Source: Saccostrea echinata (taxonomy: Eukaryota). From it: 64,000 bases of DNA. Both the position numbers and the translations under genes were made by a program. Every line of letters begins with the position of its first letter. Position 1 is the stretch's first letter. The stretch is from positions 992,001 to 1,056,000 of the forward strand of contig NW_026889774.1 of assembly GCF_033153115.1 (NCBI RefSeq), written 5' to 3'. This document shows positions 1 to 11,896 of the stretch, one piece after another. The notes beneath the pieces were generated by a model, which saw only the letters and a program-made list of their open reading frames with translations, did no database searches and was not told the DNA's origin.

Positions 1-126
1 GAACTCAAGCTTCTTTGGCATCTCAAGACTTGATTTTCCAGAACTTCAGATCGAAAAGTACTGATAGATTATTTTCAGGCATCAAAACACTTTTTGATAG
101 GTCTAACGCTTTTTATTATCCTTTAG

Positions 127-3100
127 CGATATCTCCTACCAACAAAGACCACATTAAAGGAGTAATTGATATTCTTAAAAATGGGACGTTAGAGGAGACT
201 TGTGATATAGCAGAACCCTACAACACGTCGTCTTTTGTAATGCTAGTCAAAGATGGTAAAATCGGCAACTATACATAGTTTTCCTTTTGCGTATCATTTT
301 GTGTTGTGAAAAAATGTTTCTATTTATAAAATATCTATTGTTGTGCAGTTGTATTCTGCTCGTATCTGGCAATTTTAGTCTCTTTTTTCCTGCCTTTAGC
401 TCAATTTGACCTTTTTGAATCTCCAAGCACTTTTTTGGTATAGTTGAAATGTTGCCTCGCACGTGGGCATTTGTGCACTTCATTCACTGCGTTTATCATA
501 TCATTTTCATGTATGATAATTGAATACTTTTATGGTTAAGCCTGCACATTGTGGATTTTTGCATCGTTTTTCTTTTGTTTTGTTCACTGCTCTTGATTTT
601 GTTTTTATGTGCTAGATATTTGTCAGCATTCACTTTGAGCGAAACGCACATGCACAATTAATCAAATACAGATTTAAAGGTGAGGTCATATTATTTGTAC
701 ATTCCATTTTATGTTAGAAAAAATATTATCAATTTACTCTTCAAAAGTGAACTAAATATATAAAAGATGCTGTACAATAATTATTAGAAAATAGTCATGC
801 TATGGTAAATTGAAAAATTAGAAAGAGTAAATCTGCGTCTGCCACAATTATAATCAAGTTAAGACATGTAATTTGTTGAATAATTAATTATAATTCTGGT
901 GGTTATGATCAAACCTTAAAGCTATTTTTGATTAGAAAATATCACTAATCAGTCAGAGTTATTTGAAATATAAAACTGAGAGAAAAAAAAATCAACATTA
1001 CTAGCAATCAGTTGTGAACACAAAACCTACATGTACTTAAAATGAGATTTTTGGAGAATTTGTTTTACGTATGTATTGAATCGAAGTTTTCAAAAATATA
1101 AATTCTGTCGAGTGGTTTTCATAAGCAATTTCTCATCGAATTAGGATGTAACTGAGTAAAAAGATTCACTTAAAACAGATTTGAAAAAAGAACACTTGTT
1201 GGGTGATGACCGACATTTTGCCATATATATTGATATCTGGGTGGCAGACACAGGTTTACCTTATATTGATTTTGTTAATTTATTCAAGCATTTTAAACTT
1301 TGAACAAAATTTTTGTTGTTTAAGTCATTTGATGGACAGTCAATACCCTTTTAAAGGATCATACACACAAAAATTGAAAACAATTAGCATGAATGGAACT
1401 GACTAGTGATAGTTTTTGAAGTGACAGAAACGCACACACACACAAACTTAAATGTATAAAAATGAATTCCTTATTTAATATGTTAGGTACAATTACGACG
1501 GGGGCATCAGAAGCTACATGTGCGACTGATCTATTGGCATCATATAGCTCTGTATCAATAACCGACTCTACCGGAAGTACGTCATGTTCCCCTAATGTTA
1601 TGGATGGTTGCACCGACAGAACAGAGATGAGGTTCACGTACGCTTCTGGATGTGGAAACACACAAAAATTTTCAAGTAAGATCATTGTTTTCATTTCATT
1701 CCATGTTTATGTGGAATCTTTCCAGAAACAATAGTTTTTGTTTAGACTTCATACACATACAGATACCAAGCAAAACATATGAACAGTTTCATCTCTATAC
1801 AACCTCTTTTGCGTTCTACGATCCGTATTTGAGATCGAGTACATGTAAGTGAACTAGACCTAAAACCATAATTGCAATCAAATGTGTGCATATTCAATAT
1901 ATATTTTTATTATATATCTAATGAATAGACTACTAAAGCTCTAGAGAATTTTAGCGTTCAATATTTAGGCGTTTTATTTAACGTTGTGTTTGTAATATGT
2001 ATACGATAGGAATGTCAATTTTGTCAATAATTCATATTCGAATATTCAATGAAAGTATTCAAATATATTCGAATATCCGATAAGATTTAGTTAATTTTAT
2101 ATATGCATCATCTTACCCTCATGAAAGGTTTGGAAGAAAAATTGGGTGTAGAATTTTGTAGAGGTTCAGTAAGGAATTTTACATTTGCTATTTGTCGATG
2201 TTTGAAATAAATATATTGATTTGAGTGCACATGTAAACATCCGAAATATTATTCTAAAAAACTATATCTTGAAGCTCTAAACGATGAGCCGATCGTCTTA
2301 CCAAGGTCAAGATTGTCATATACTGTTCAAATTTAAATGCGTGTAATTAATTACAATCATCTACCAAATAAGAATTATAATTATATTCCTTGATTCAATA
2401 TTTTCAAAACATAAACAAACACTTACAAGGTCAATTTTCGTAGGTAATTAACTATTTCCGAAAATGATTTTTAAAATTTGGAATATGTACATGTATAACC
2501 CGAGATGATCATGTAATTAACACAATTTATTCTGAAATTGATCCCTTTACGGTATTAAAGACCAATTCTATAAAACAAGTAATTCAATAATCAACGCATT
2601 TATTTTGTCAAGTAAACTCTTCACATTTTTAGACTGACAAAGAATAGTTTCATTTTGTTGTCCTCGAAATTAATCATAGGAATCATTTTTTTTGTGTGAA
2701 ATCTGGGAAAAAACCGAATATTCGAATCGTAAATTCTTATTCGAATATCAACTCATCGAATGAATATTCGAATAATCGAATTTTCGTTGACATCCCTAGT
2801 ATACGAGTATTATCTAAAACATTCCGAGTGCTAACGTTCAATATCGAACGCTCCGTTGTAAACAAAAATTGTCTGGCCAACCGCTCAACGGCAATATCTT
2901 TGATGGGTAGAGTCAGCTAAGTAAGATGTGCCTATTTTCACACAAAATTGAAATTATTAATTAATAATTCAGTACCTATAAGCCTCAATAAAAACCTCAG
3001 TAAGCAAATCATAATAGTTGGTAAGGTGTGATATTGAACACTTTCAGGACAGACGCTGATATTACACAGTTTTAATTTAAATACCGATACTGAAAAATTC

Positions 3101-4363
3101 TCGTTGATTTTGAGTTATTTAATATAATAAATAATTAACATAAATCAATAGGAGAATGTTTTAGCTATATAATAAAGGATTTATTGAACTTCTATTGGTG
3201 AATATTGGCACTCGCAAGCTCGTGCATTTGTACAGCCAACTCGTGCCAATATTCACCAATACAAGTTCAATATTTTCTGAAGACAGTTAAAATATTATTT
3301 TGTTGTAGCTGGTGGGTTTTGGACCTGCATGCATAGTATGAGTAGTGGAGGGAACACTTATCTCTCGGTCTGGAACAATGACAGTTCAGTTGTTGGGACC
3401 ACGTCCTACACATACGCTTCTGGAGTAAACTACCAGTTTGCCTGTTTAGTGAGTAATACAAGTCTTGCGAAATACACTCATCAGAAAATCGTATGTGATT
3501 GACTCATTTAAAGTAAGCATTTGAATCCTTCTTCATGTTCTTGTCCCTGAATTTTTCGTAATTATACTCTTTTGCAGGTGATCAGTGGGTCGTCAGCAAC
3601 TATGTTTCCAAACTACTGCTCAGACAGTACACAAACAGCATCAACAGTTGCATCTCCAGGCCTCACAATGGCATTTACAGGAGCTACACAGACTTGCTGT
3701 AAGTTATTTCAGTACAATTAGAATGACGTCACTTTCACTGTCTATGCATTAATGTTCAGTGTATTTTTTTTTAAGTTAAAGGATTTTAAATGTTATACCT
3801 TAACAATGTAACATATTTATTTAGTACATGTAACTGTCATCGGAAAAGTGGATAGGTAACTCTCCTTTTTATGATATATAGAAGAATGTCTGTAAATTTT
3901 GAGAATTTCACTTTCAGATGACGAAGTAGAAGGTGGATCAAGTGCTGTATACTACATCACAATAGTATTGGGTGCCTTATTTATCATAGCCTTGATTATC
4001 TTAATCATTATTCTGAAGAAGAAAGGCTATTGTTCTCTACAAAAATGCAAAAAGCAGCGACCCAGTTCACCAGAAAGCAGTGTGGAGCAGGGAGAGCACG
4101 TGACTAATACTGTATTCAAAATGAACAAATTGGATCCAATCCCAGGTTTCCGGGCAAAGAGACCACTTCGAATTGGGCCAATAGTGGAGCCTAATCTAGA
4201 TATCCTTCCAAAAGTGGAGCCATTGTATGCTCTGTCAGACAAGAAGGACACCAGTAAACCGGCAAAACGAGGTTCGCTTGGCAGTATTTTCACTTGCGAT
4301 ATTTCTGCATTTTTAATTGATCGACATATTCCTCCAACTGAAACTGTTGAACGTAAAACATAA
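127..4363 (+). CDS. Type I single-pass membrane glycoprotein, paralog A (5'-partial; exons 127-255, 1487-1675, 3309-3448, 3578-3698, 3918-4363)
   Basis: GT-AG exons join in frame (phases 1,1,0,1): ...LEETCDIAEPY..VKDG / ..EATCATDLLASYSS..DGCTDRT..CGNTQKFS / GGFWTCMHS..YLSVWNND..QFACL / ..FPNYCSD..QTC / YDEVEGG-AVYYITIVLGALFIIALIILIIIL-KKK + cytoplasmic tail. Cys spacing and intron positions align with paralogs B and C. Upstream exons lie before the window. Confidence 0.8.
2007..2798. mobile_element. Non-autonomous hAT-type DNA transposon (MITE) in an intron of paralog A
   Basis: TIRs TAGGAATGTCAA / TTGACATCCCTA. Perfect 8-bp TSD GTATACGA (1999-2006, 2799-2806). Clustered subterminal ATTCGAAT motifs at both ends. 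Confidence 0.85.
3182..3272. repeat. Palindromic/hairpin element
   Basis: 30-bp arms TATTGAACTT(C/G)TATTGGTGAATATTGGCAC with one mismatch. Confidence 0.8.
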
Positions 4364-5685
4364 ACTCGTTATCTTTTATATACTTTACTTCTATTGAATA
4401 TTTTCATATTGTTAAATATTAACCATATTTGAAATTTATAACATTAATTTGATACTAATTTTGTGGATATTGTGTTCTTACTGTGCCATGCCTTTCACTG
4501 TATTAACTTTTTCTAACATGTGTGTGTGTGTGGTGTTATAAAGGAACAATCATCAACTGTCATTCTATGTATAATATACAATACCAGACATCAACTGTAT
4601 GCCTACATGTATGTATTCCATTATTGTAATCTTCTCATTCACAGTACTTAACACTGCAATAACTACATGTATTTTTATAAAATATTTAATTATTTAAATA
4701 GCTGATTCAGTGTAAGTTAAATATGCAATAGTGAGGATTTCTTGGGGAGAGAAAGAGAGAGGAAGAAAGAGATACTAATATTTTCTTTTTGTGTATTATT
4801 GTTGAGTTACACTCCTTTTTATTTCTCCGAGAGAATATTTACTAGATTTGGATAATTAATCGGCGTAATCTTTTTTATACATTGTCCTAATATATTCCAT
4901 TCACTTTCCACGAGGAAAGTCAAACCGATCCCTTCCAAGCCATTGTACCTTTTCCGATTCATATATGCCACACTAGCTCAAATGATCCATTCCTATCTAA
5001 TGTAATACATACAATTTAAATACGTCTCCAACTTTCGTATTGTAGGACTGAGGGAAATTTATCGTTCAGAGGACCGCTTTCTTTACCATTCATATGATCA
5101 GTTATATCGTTCATTTGAGAAACTATACAGCTCAGCAGAGTCCGTCTATCACTCCGGAGTCATTTGTGAAAGTCCTGATTACGCGAACTGCACTTCCGCG
5201 ATAAGAGAGAGTCCCATAAATGAGGACTCAAAATAAATGAACTATTACAGATCCAAGCTGAAATTGACTATAATTGAAACTTTATTTGTCACAGTCAGTT
5301 TGTATATATATATATATAAAATGCGTTTTGGTTTTGTTTGTTTATTTAAGTATGTTTTATTCATTTTCTTAGTAGCAACTACTGTCTTAAAATATGTTTT
5401 CCTAGGATTGAGTGTGTTTGTTTTGACATTTTAGCTTAGGTAGATTTGTGACATGTGTTGGAGGAGTTGGTTTTATGCTTTGATCAAAAGAGAGGCTGAA
5501 TCATCTAATAAGTTAAATAACTGTGATATCTATAGATTGTGATAAAAAAAATTGTGATATATATATTTTAAATTATATTGTGATTAATGCAATAAAGTTT
5601 GATCACAAAACTAACACATTTTTGCGTCGATGATTAACACCACATGCTTATATAGCTTATTTAGTTTCACATCACTTGACTAGAA

Positions 5686-6216
5686 ATGTAGAAGTCAGTA
5701 TCTTTTGACCACGCTGTCATAGCAATAGTTCACAGCACTTAGTAACTGGAGCACGACTCTGCACGGTGAGTTAAAAATCATATCTTCTTATAACTAATCT
5801 CAATAATCGGCAAAAATTCGCGCAGACGCAATGAAGTCGTTTACTTTTTTTCATTTGCAGATGATGATACAATCTCTGTGGACAGCGTAGATGAGGATAA
5901 TCCATTTAATTTCTACAATATCGCCAAGTTCGTGCTTCTTCCTAAGATTGTCTCCAAGAAAAGCTTTGATGTTGGAGCTCTTGCAGATCCAAAACGAAAC
6001 ACATTGCACGATATCTTAGAGATAAAGAAATCAAAACTTAAAAGAGAAAGCAAGGCTTCCGAGGAACAGGAGACTAAAAACGACAAAAGCAGGGATGAAA
6101 AAGACAAAGAAAAGGATAAGGATAAGAAAAAGACAACCGGCAAACCAAAGCTTGAAAAACAAAGTTCAAAAGAGCCCAAACCTGGGGATAAAAATCGTAA
6201 AATGTCTAAAAAGTAA
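5686..6216 (+). pseudogene. Small Lys-rich protein gene, probable damaged paralog of 9453-11465 (putative exon 1 about 5686-5765, exon 2 5861-6216)
   Basis: Strong donor GCACG|GTGAGT at 5765 and acceptor TTTGCAG at 5860. Exon 2 is open (DDTISVDSVDEDNPFNF...KDKKKTTGKPK...KMSKK*) but has no early Met. The upstream exon reads M*KS...AIVHST* and then shifts frame to SNWSTTLH, echoing GIVHSTRSTAYSSSI of the paralog. It could be intact via an exon not identified here. Confidence 0.45.
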
Positions 6217-9200
6217 ACAAATGTTTCGATGCACAGTATGAATTAGATGTATAAATGGCAAAATATGCAATCCAAGACTTTCTGAAATTGGTTTTGAGTG
6301 GAGGACTACTTGAAATATTTCATATGGTTTATTTGTTATTTTTTTTTTGGGAATGTTGTTATTTTATTATATCTTCAAGGAGACACTTTGGTGCAATTGT
6401 TTATATAAAATTCATTATGCTGAAGGACATATCGCATGATATTGACTTCAGTTTCCATTTTGGGAATCATCTATTTGAATCATTTGTACAAAACTTTGAA
6501 TCCTGATTCACTGTGTTCATCTTTTCCTTTTGTATTTTTCATGTTTGTATTATATACATGTATTGTGTATGCATTCAGATTAACGATTTTACACTAGTAA
6601 AAGTTTTACAATATAATTTGCATTAATAGATACCTTATTCCAAGGGAAAAACTTGGGCGTGTTCAATACAAAGGTTTGTATACAATATATCACGACGTAT
6701 TCCCTTTTTAAGATTTTGATAACGTTAGCTATTAAAAGACATGAACAACCTTATGGCAAATATTTGTTACTTGGACATTGCTTTGAAAGCTCACACTGTA
6801 TTGATTTCGTTTACAATCTTTGCAGGAGGTATATCAAGGGTTTTGTCTTTGCAATTACGTAAGAGATGTATTGCATAATTTTCGAATTTGAACTATTCCC
6901 TTTTAAGAAAGGAAGTTGTATGAAGGAAATCTGCGGGTAATTTCTAGACAGCTAGCATAGAATCTATAATATTTCCTTTCACTTTGTCTTCCGAGCTTAC
7001 CTTTGACATTATTTATCTCCCTCATAGAATAACATATTCGCACTTTGCCAAAATTTGAAATTATTAAATATAAGTATTTTTGTCAAAAATTTTTGGAATA
7101 CTCCAAATTATGCAACTCACGGGTTTTCTTTTCCGTTTTATTGCTATGAACGATTATCAAAGTCAATGGCCTTGGACGAACTTCATGAAGCCTGAAGATT
7201 GAAAGAGTCTAAATTTGTAAGGCTTAAAACGACTTATTCAGACACATTGTCACAGGCGGGAACTATCAATTTCGTCTGGTCGGGGATACAAATTATAGGT
7301 AATTTGGAAAGAAATTAGGTTCTTTAAGTATTAGGAAGACGTCTTCAGGTAAAGTGTCTTAGGTTTTGGAGACTTTCGATAGAATTCCATCGGAGCGTGT
7401 ACCTTTCGGCTTATTCATGGAAGTATGGGTTGTTTCTATTCTCTGTCAAGATGTTTCTCACTACGAATTTGTTAAAATTTCTGATAGACTTGTTCTGGTT
7501 GTTGATAGAGCTGGTTGTTTGTTATGTTGTTGAACTTTATGAAACTATTTTAACATTTATAGGAAATGGATCAATATAATAAAGTTGGCGACTTCAATTG
7601 TTTGTTTTATTTACACCTTTATAAAGGTACAGCATTGAACTGGACAGCAAAAGTGTCAGATATGTAGTAAATCTAATTATTTGTAGAAAGAAAATGCTTC
7701 TTTTCTTCTCTTTCAACAATTATTCTGCTAGAAAAAGATGCATATTATGCCCTACGTTAAAGGAAATATATCAGTGAAATTAGATAGGTATCCTTTGCAT
7801 TGAATGTTGTTAAAATCATATTATTTGGGAGCAGTTAAAGATTCTGCTCTGAAATGATTACAAGGAATGAGTAAAATCAATATTCATTTTAATAGAAAGC
7901 TCTTATTATATTTTTAAAAAATATTTTCAGTTTAAATGTATTTATAGAAACCTGATTCAAATTTACAAATATAAATAACAGAAAAATGCTTACAAAGCTC
8001 AATACATATAAAAAAGTAATCTACAGTATGAAAGTCAAACGCAGAGGTTAGTCTTAAATAATAAGACACGACTTTAATATTTACAGAGAAATTGCAGAAG
8101 TCGTGGATATCAATTTCATTGGTATCTTCATATGTGCCTTGTGAATGGATGAAAAAATGCAAAATTTAAGTAGAATAAACAGACTAGTACTGTAGATGTT
8201 AATTAGAGTTGTTTTATCAACTCAGCAATTCAGAACAGCCACGAAGTCATTACAAATGTTATTATATTGATATCTTCAGTGACAACAGAATGCAAGGTTT
8301 TCTACATCTATATCCACCAATCAAAGGTAGAGCACTCGTTAGAATGTTCACATTCATATGTTAGAACAATTAATTTAAAAATGCACATTTTTAATTAAGA
8401 TGAGAAGCATACACTGTAATTTACTCTGTATTTTTTTGCAGAAATGAAATCAAATCAAATAGATAAAATAAATCTAAGTAGCTCAGTTAAAACATGATGA
8501 TTTGAAAGAGACAAGAATTTTAATTTCCATGTCATTGTGTTTTGAATTTGCTATATTTGATAGTTCTACAATAGTTCTATATAGTTCTATAATATATCTT
8601 TCAATGAATATGATATACAGAATAACAGTATTTTCTAAATATAAGGCTATTTTTTAAAAAACAAATTGCCCCTTTACGTAGATTACAAGCTGGTTACATG
8701 TACAGAGTCTATGTTTGACTAAATGTTAACATGAGGAAAAACTCATATCCAAATCTCCCTTTCTCAATCAATTCATCATTGTTTACAATTTCAAGTACAA
8801 TACACAAGATGTTATAATACTGGCAATCTAAAGACTGCACAAATGGTATATTTCTCTTATATGGAAAAACATTGCTATTAATTCTGATATTTATTTTAAT
8901 TTATAATCTAAGGAGGAATCAATATATTTCAAAAGTTTATTAATATTCGTTGGCGAAATTACCACTAAATGAGTTTCAGACAAAGAAACTTTTTATTGTG
9001 CACTGTATCTACTATATATTTTTCAATCTTTAAGAAACAGTATTCTTGGTATTCTGATATTGCATTTGATTAACTCAATACATGCCTGAATACAAAAAGT
9101 AGTTTACTTAATTCTGGTTATCTTAATCCGCTCAATGATTGCTAGAGACTGTGTTTACCTATAGAAGATTAAATTCCTACAACGTAACAATTAAGCGCTC

Positions 9201-9452
9201 TTGTACCTTCAGCATGCCAAAATAATAGTAAGTTTCCTTAGATCTCAGAGCGAATTCTTTTGAGATTGACTGACAACGCATTTCATAAAATTAACGTTTT
9301 CATATTGCAATGTAATGGCTATTAATGTACTCGAATTAATTCCAGGGATTACAAAAGTTACTGTAGTGCATTAACTGCACTGATCAGTATTCCTTCTTAA
9401 ACTGGGAAATGTGGTTGGATGTAGCTCGGGAAAGGTTGGAATCAGAGAAACC

Positions 9453-11465
9453 ATGGGTAACTCACAAACGAGACATCTGAATTCCGGGATCGTTCATTCT
9501 ACCCGATCAACAGCATACTCAAGTTCTATAGGTAAGGATGAAAGTTAAAAAAAAAAAAATTAAGATCGATTTACCTGACAATTTAATGACTTTTTTCTGT
9601 TACCTATTTAAAAAGAAGAAAATAACTGAATACTATTTCTATCTGTGAAAAAACTTATTGAAACTTTAGGCAGGAGAACAGGCTCCGGGGCCATAAAACT
9701 TAGACGAGCTCACTTTTGTTCTCAGTCTCACTTTTACCAAAGGAATTAACAGAAGAAATGTGAGATCTAGACTGAGATCAAAAATGAGCTCATCTAAGTT
9801 TTATGGCCTCGGAGCCAGTTCTTTCTGCACAGAATGGCCTGTTTAAGGTGTTTCTGTAAACCAAAATATCATTTCTGTTGTTCAATGTACCATAGGACAT
9901 TGCCTTCAAAATTGACCTTAATACGTTCTATTTCCATTAGTGAACTCTTCAAAATTAGAGGCGCGTTTGGTCGTCTGACTGGGACAGCATGGTGTTGCGG
10001 ATAATACAAAACGTGCCAATCTCAATCCAATTTTAAATGTTAAATGTATTTGTCATTCCATTTAAAGAATAGAAGAACTAAAAGACATATGTAAGAGAGC
10101 GAGAATCCTAAATTTATAATCCATTAATAAAAATACGACATTTCCGAGGCATGTGTACTGTATTTAGATGTACCATACGATAAATAGATACATACGATCA
10201 ACAATAGATATAAATTGATATCGATGTTATTCCTACTCTTGATGTATATAAAGTCCACAACAATAAAATATTTCATTTGCATTTTCTTAGGAATTGTTCA
10301 TCGACATTCAATATATTGTTTACATGTTTATGTTACGTTTGTCCCAGAAATCCCGCGAGATTTGTACGTTTTCCGACTTTTTCACAAAAGAGCGCACTAA
10401 GAAGTATAACTCTTCAATAGTGGAAATAGAACGTATTGATGTTATACTGCATGTTGTTTTACTTCTTATATTCAAATTAAATACTTTACTTATTGAGAGC
10501 GAAATTTTATCAAAATCATTTTTTTAATCTAGCCAAGGGAAAAGTATTCATTTGATATATCTGATGATTGTTTGTTTCAACCTTGTCAGAGTATTGAAAA
10601 GTTTTGAAAGAAGTATATGACAGCATGTGAACTTTTCAATGGGAAAAAATGGTCATATTTCTCACTAATGTCGACGTAGAAAACAAATAATGTATACGGG
10701 GTATTGAAAGATGCAAGAAAAAAATCAATACATTGTTCAGGGAAGTGGACATAAGATCGAAACATCGGAATATTGAATTGACAGTAGTTTTTAAACTCAG
10801 CAATTCAATACAATTGTCAAAATGACATGTTGTGTTTACAATATATTCGGAAGCGTATTCAGAACTGAACTTTCTGTGAAAAATCTGTCAGTTCTGTCTT
10901 TCTTCTAAAGAATGGATACACTTCTGTTAATTTGTTAAATAACATAAATATAAACAATATTGGCTAAATTTTTAAATATGAGACACACAAAAGATTCCTT
11001 CAAAATCGTGTTTAAAAAAAACTTTTTACTACTTGTTCCCAAAACGCACAAAAGATAAACTGTTCGTTGTTTATTTCGTTCAAGATACATAACTCCATTG
11101 CAGATTACGACACGGTTTCTTTAGATAGTGACAGTGATACAGATTTGCCCTTCCGGTTCAGTTTTACACGATTGTCAAATCTTCCACCTTTACCCGGTAT
11201 CCATCCTCTAGACTATAAAGCATACATGAATACACCAAGTACATCCACTGCCAGCACAAAGCAATCTCAACGCACCCTCAAATATGGACGACAGACAACT
11301 TTTCATTTGCCATTAATTTCAAACCACGTCTCTGGTTATCAGCATCTTCATCCTGGCGGTGTTGTTACAGTGAAGGAAAAACCAAAGGAAAAGAAAAATT
11401 CTAAGACTGGAAGGAAAAAGAAGAAAAGTACCAAGAAAAAAAGAAAAGCTTTTCAAAAACGTTAG
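9453..11465 (+). CDS. Small (about 146 aa) basic protein with MGNSQT N-terminus and polybasic C-terminus (exons 9453-9531, 11104-11465)
   Basis: ACCATGG start context. Donor ATAG|GTAAGG (phase 1) matches acceptor TTGCAG|AT. Protein: MGNSQTRHLNSGIVHSTRSTAYSSSIDYDTVSLDSDSDTDLPFRF...KEKPKEKKNSKTGRKKKKSTKKKRKAFQKR*. AATAAA lies about 40 nt after the stop. Confidence 0.7.
9682..9815. mobile_element. Short MITE, PIF/Harbinger-like
   Basis: Long TIRs GCTCCGGGGCCATAAAACTTAGA.. / ..TCTAAGTTTTATGGCCTCGGAGC flanked by CAG on both sides. Confidence 0.7.
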
Positions 11466-11896
11466 AAGTCTACGTTGAAATTTTTACCTGGAAAGATAAA
11501 TGTGTAATAAATTCATTGTTTTGATTTTGAATTTATCTCAGTAGCAATGTTTTGATAATATCGTACCTACATGTATGCAATAGATACTTACATGTAAAGT
11601 TCAAGAAGCTTAAAATAAAAGGAACAATCTTTTATTGTATAGACATTTATTGCATGAAATGTAAAATATGAAAGACATTTACATTTTAACAAGAAAGTTA
11701 TTGTTTCTGCATGTGTTAACGTTATCTAAATTGAATTTATTATTGTGGAAATTAACCGTCAAATGACTCGCCTAAAATATTCGTCCAAAATGTATTGCTT
11801 TATAGCTAGTAAGTTTGCAGAATAATCATACTTTCCAAATCCAAATCTTATAATTCTGATTTATATTCAAACTGGTTCTAAAATGCTATTGGAATA

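Noticed and set aside
15-126. 5' part of ORF 15..278 as coding
   Set aside because: It lacks the conserved YICL Cys. A good acceptor at 125-126 coincides with an intron position in paralog C, so 15-126 is treated as intron.
7140-7560. Moderately GC-rich stretch that looks coding
   Set aside because: The frames examined are short or stop-interrupted, and there is no homology to neighbouring genes.
3918-11465. Idea that the Lys-rich exons at 5861 and 11104 are alternative last exons of receptor A (all have phase-1 acceptors)
   Set aside because: 11104 has its own well-formed ATG exon (9453-9531) and 5861 has an adjacent donor at 5765. Independent small genes are the simpler reading.
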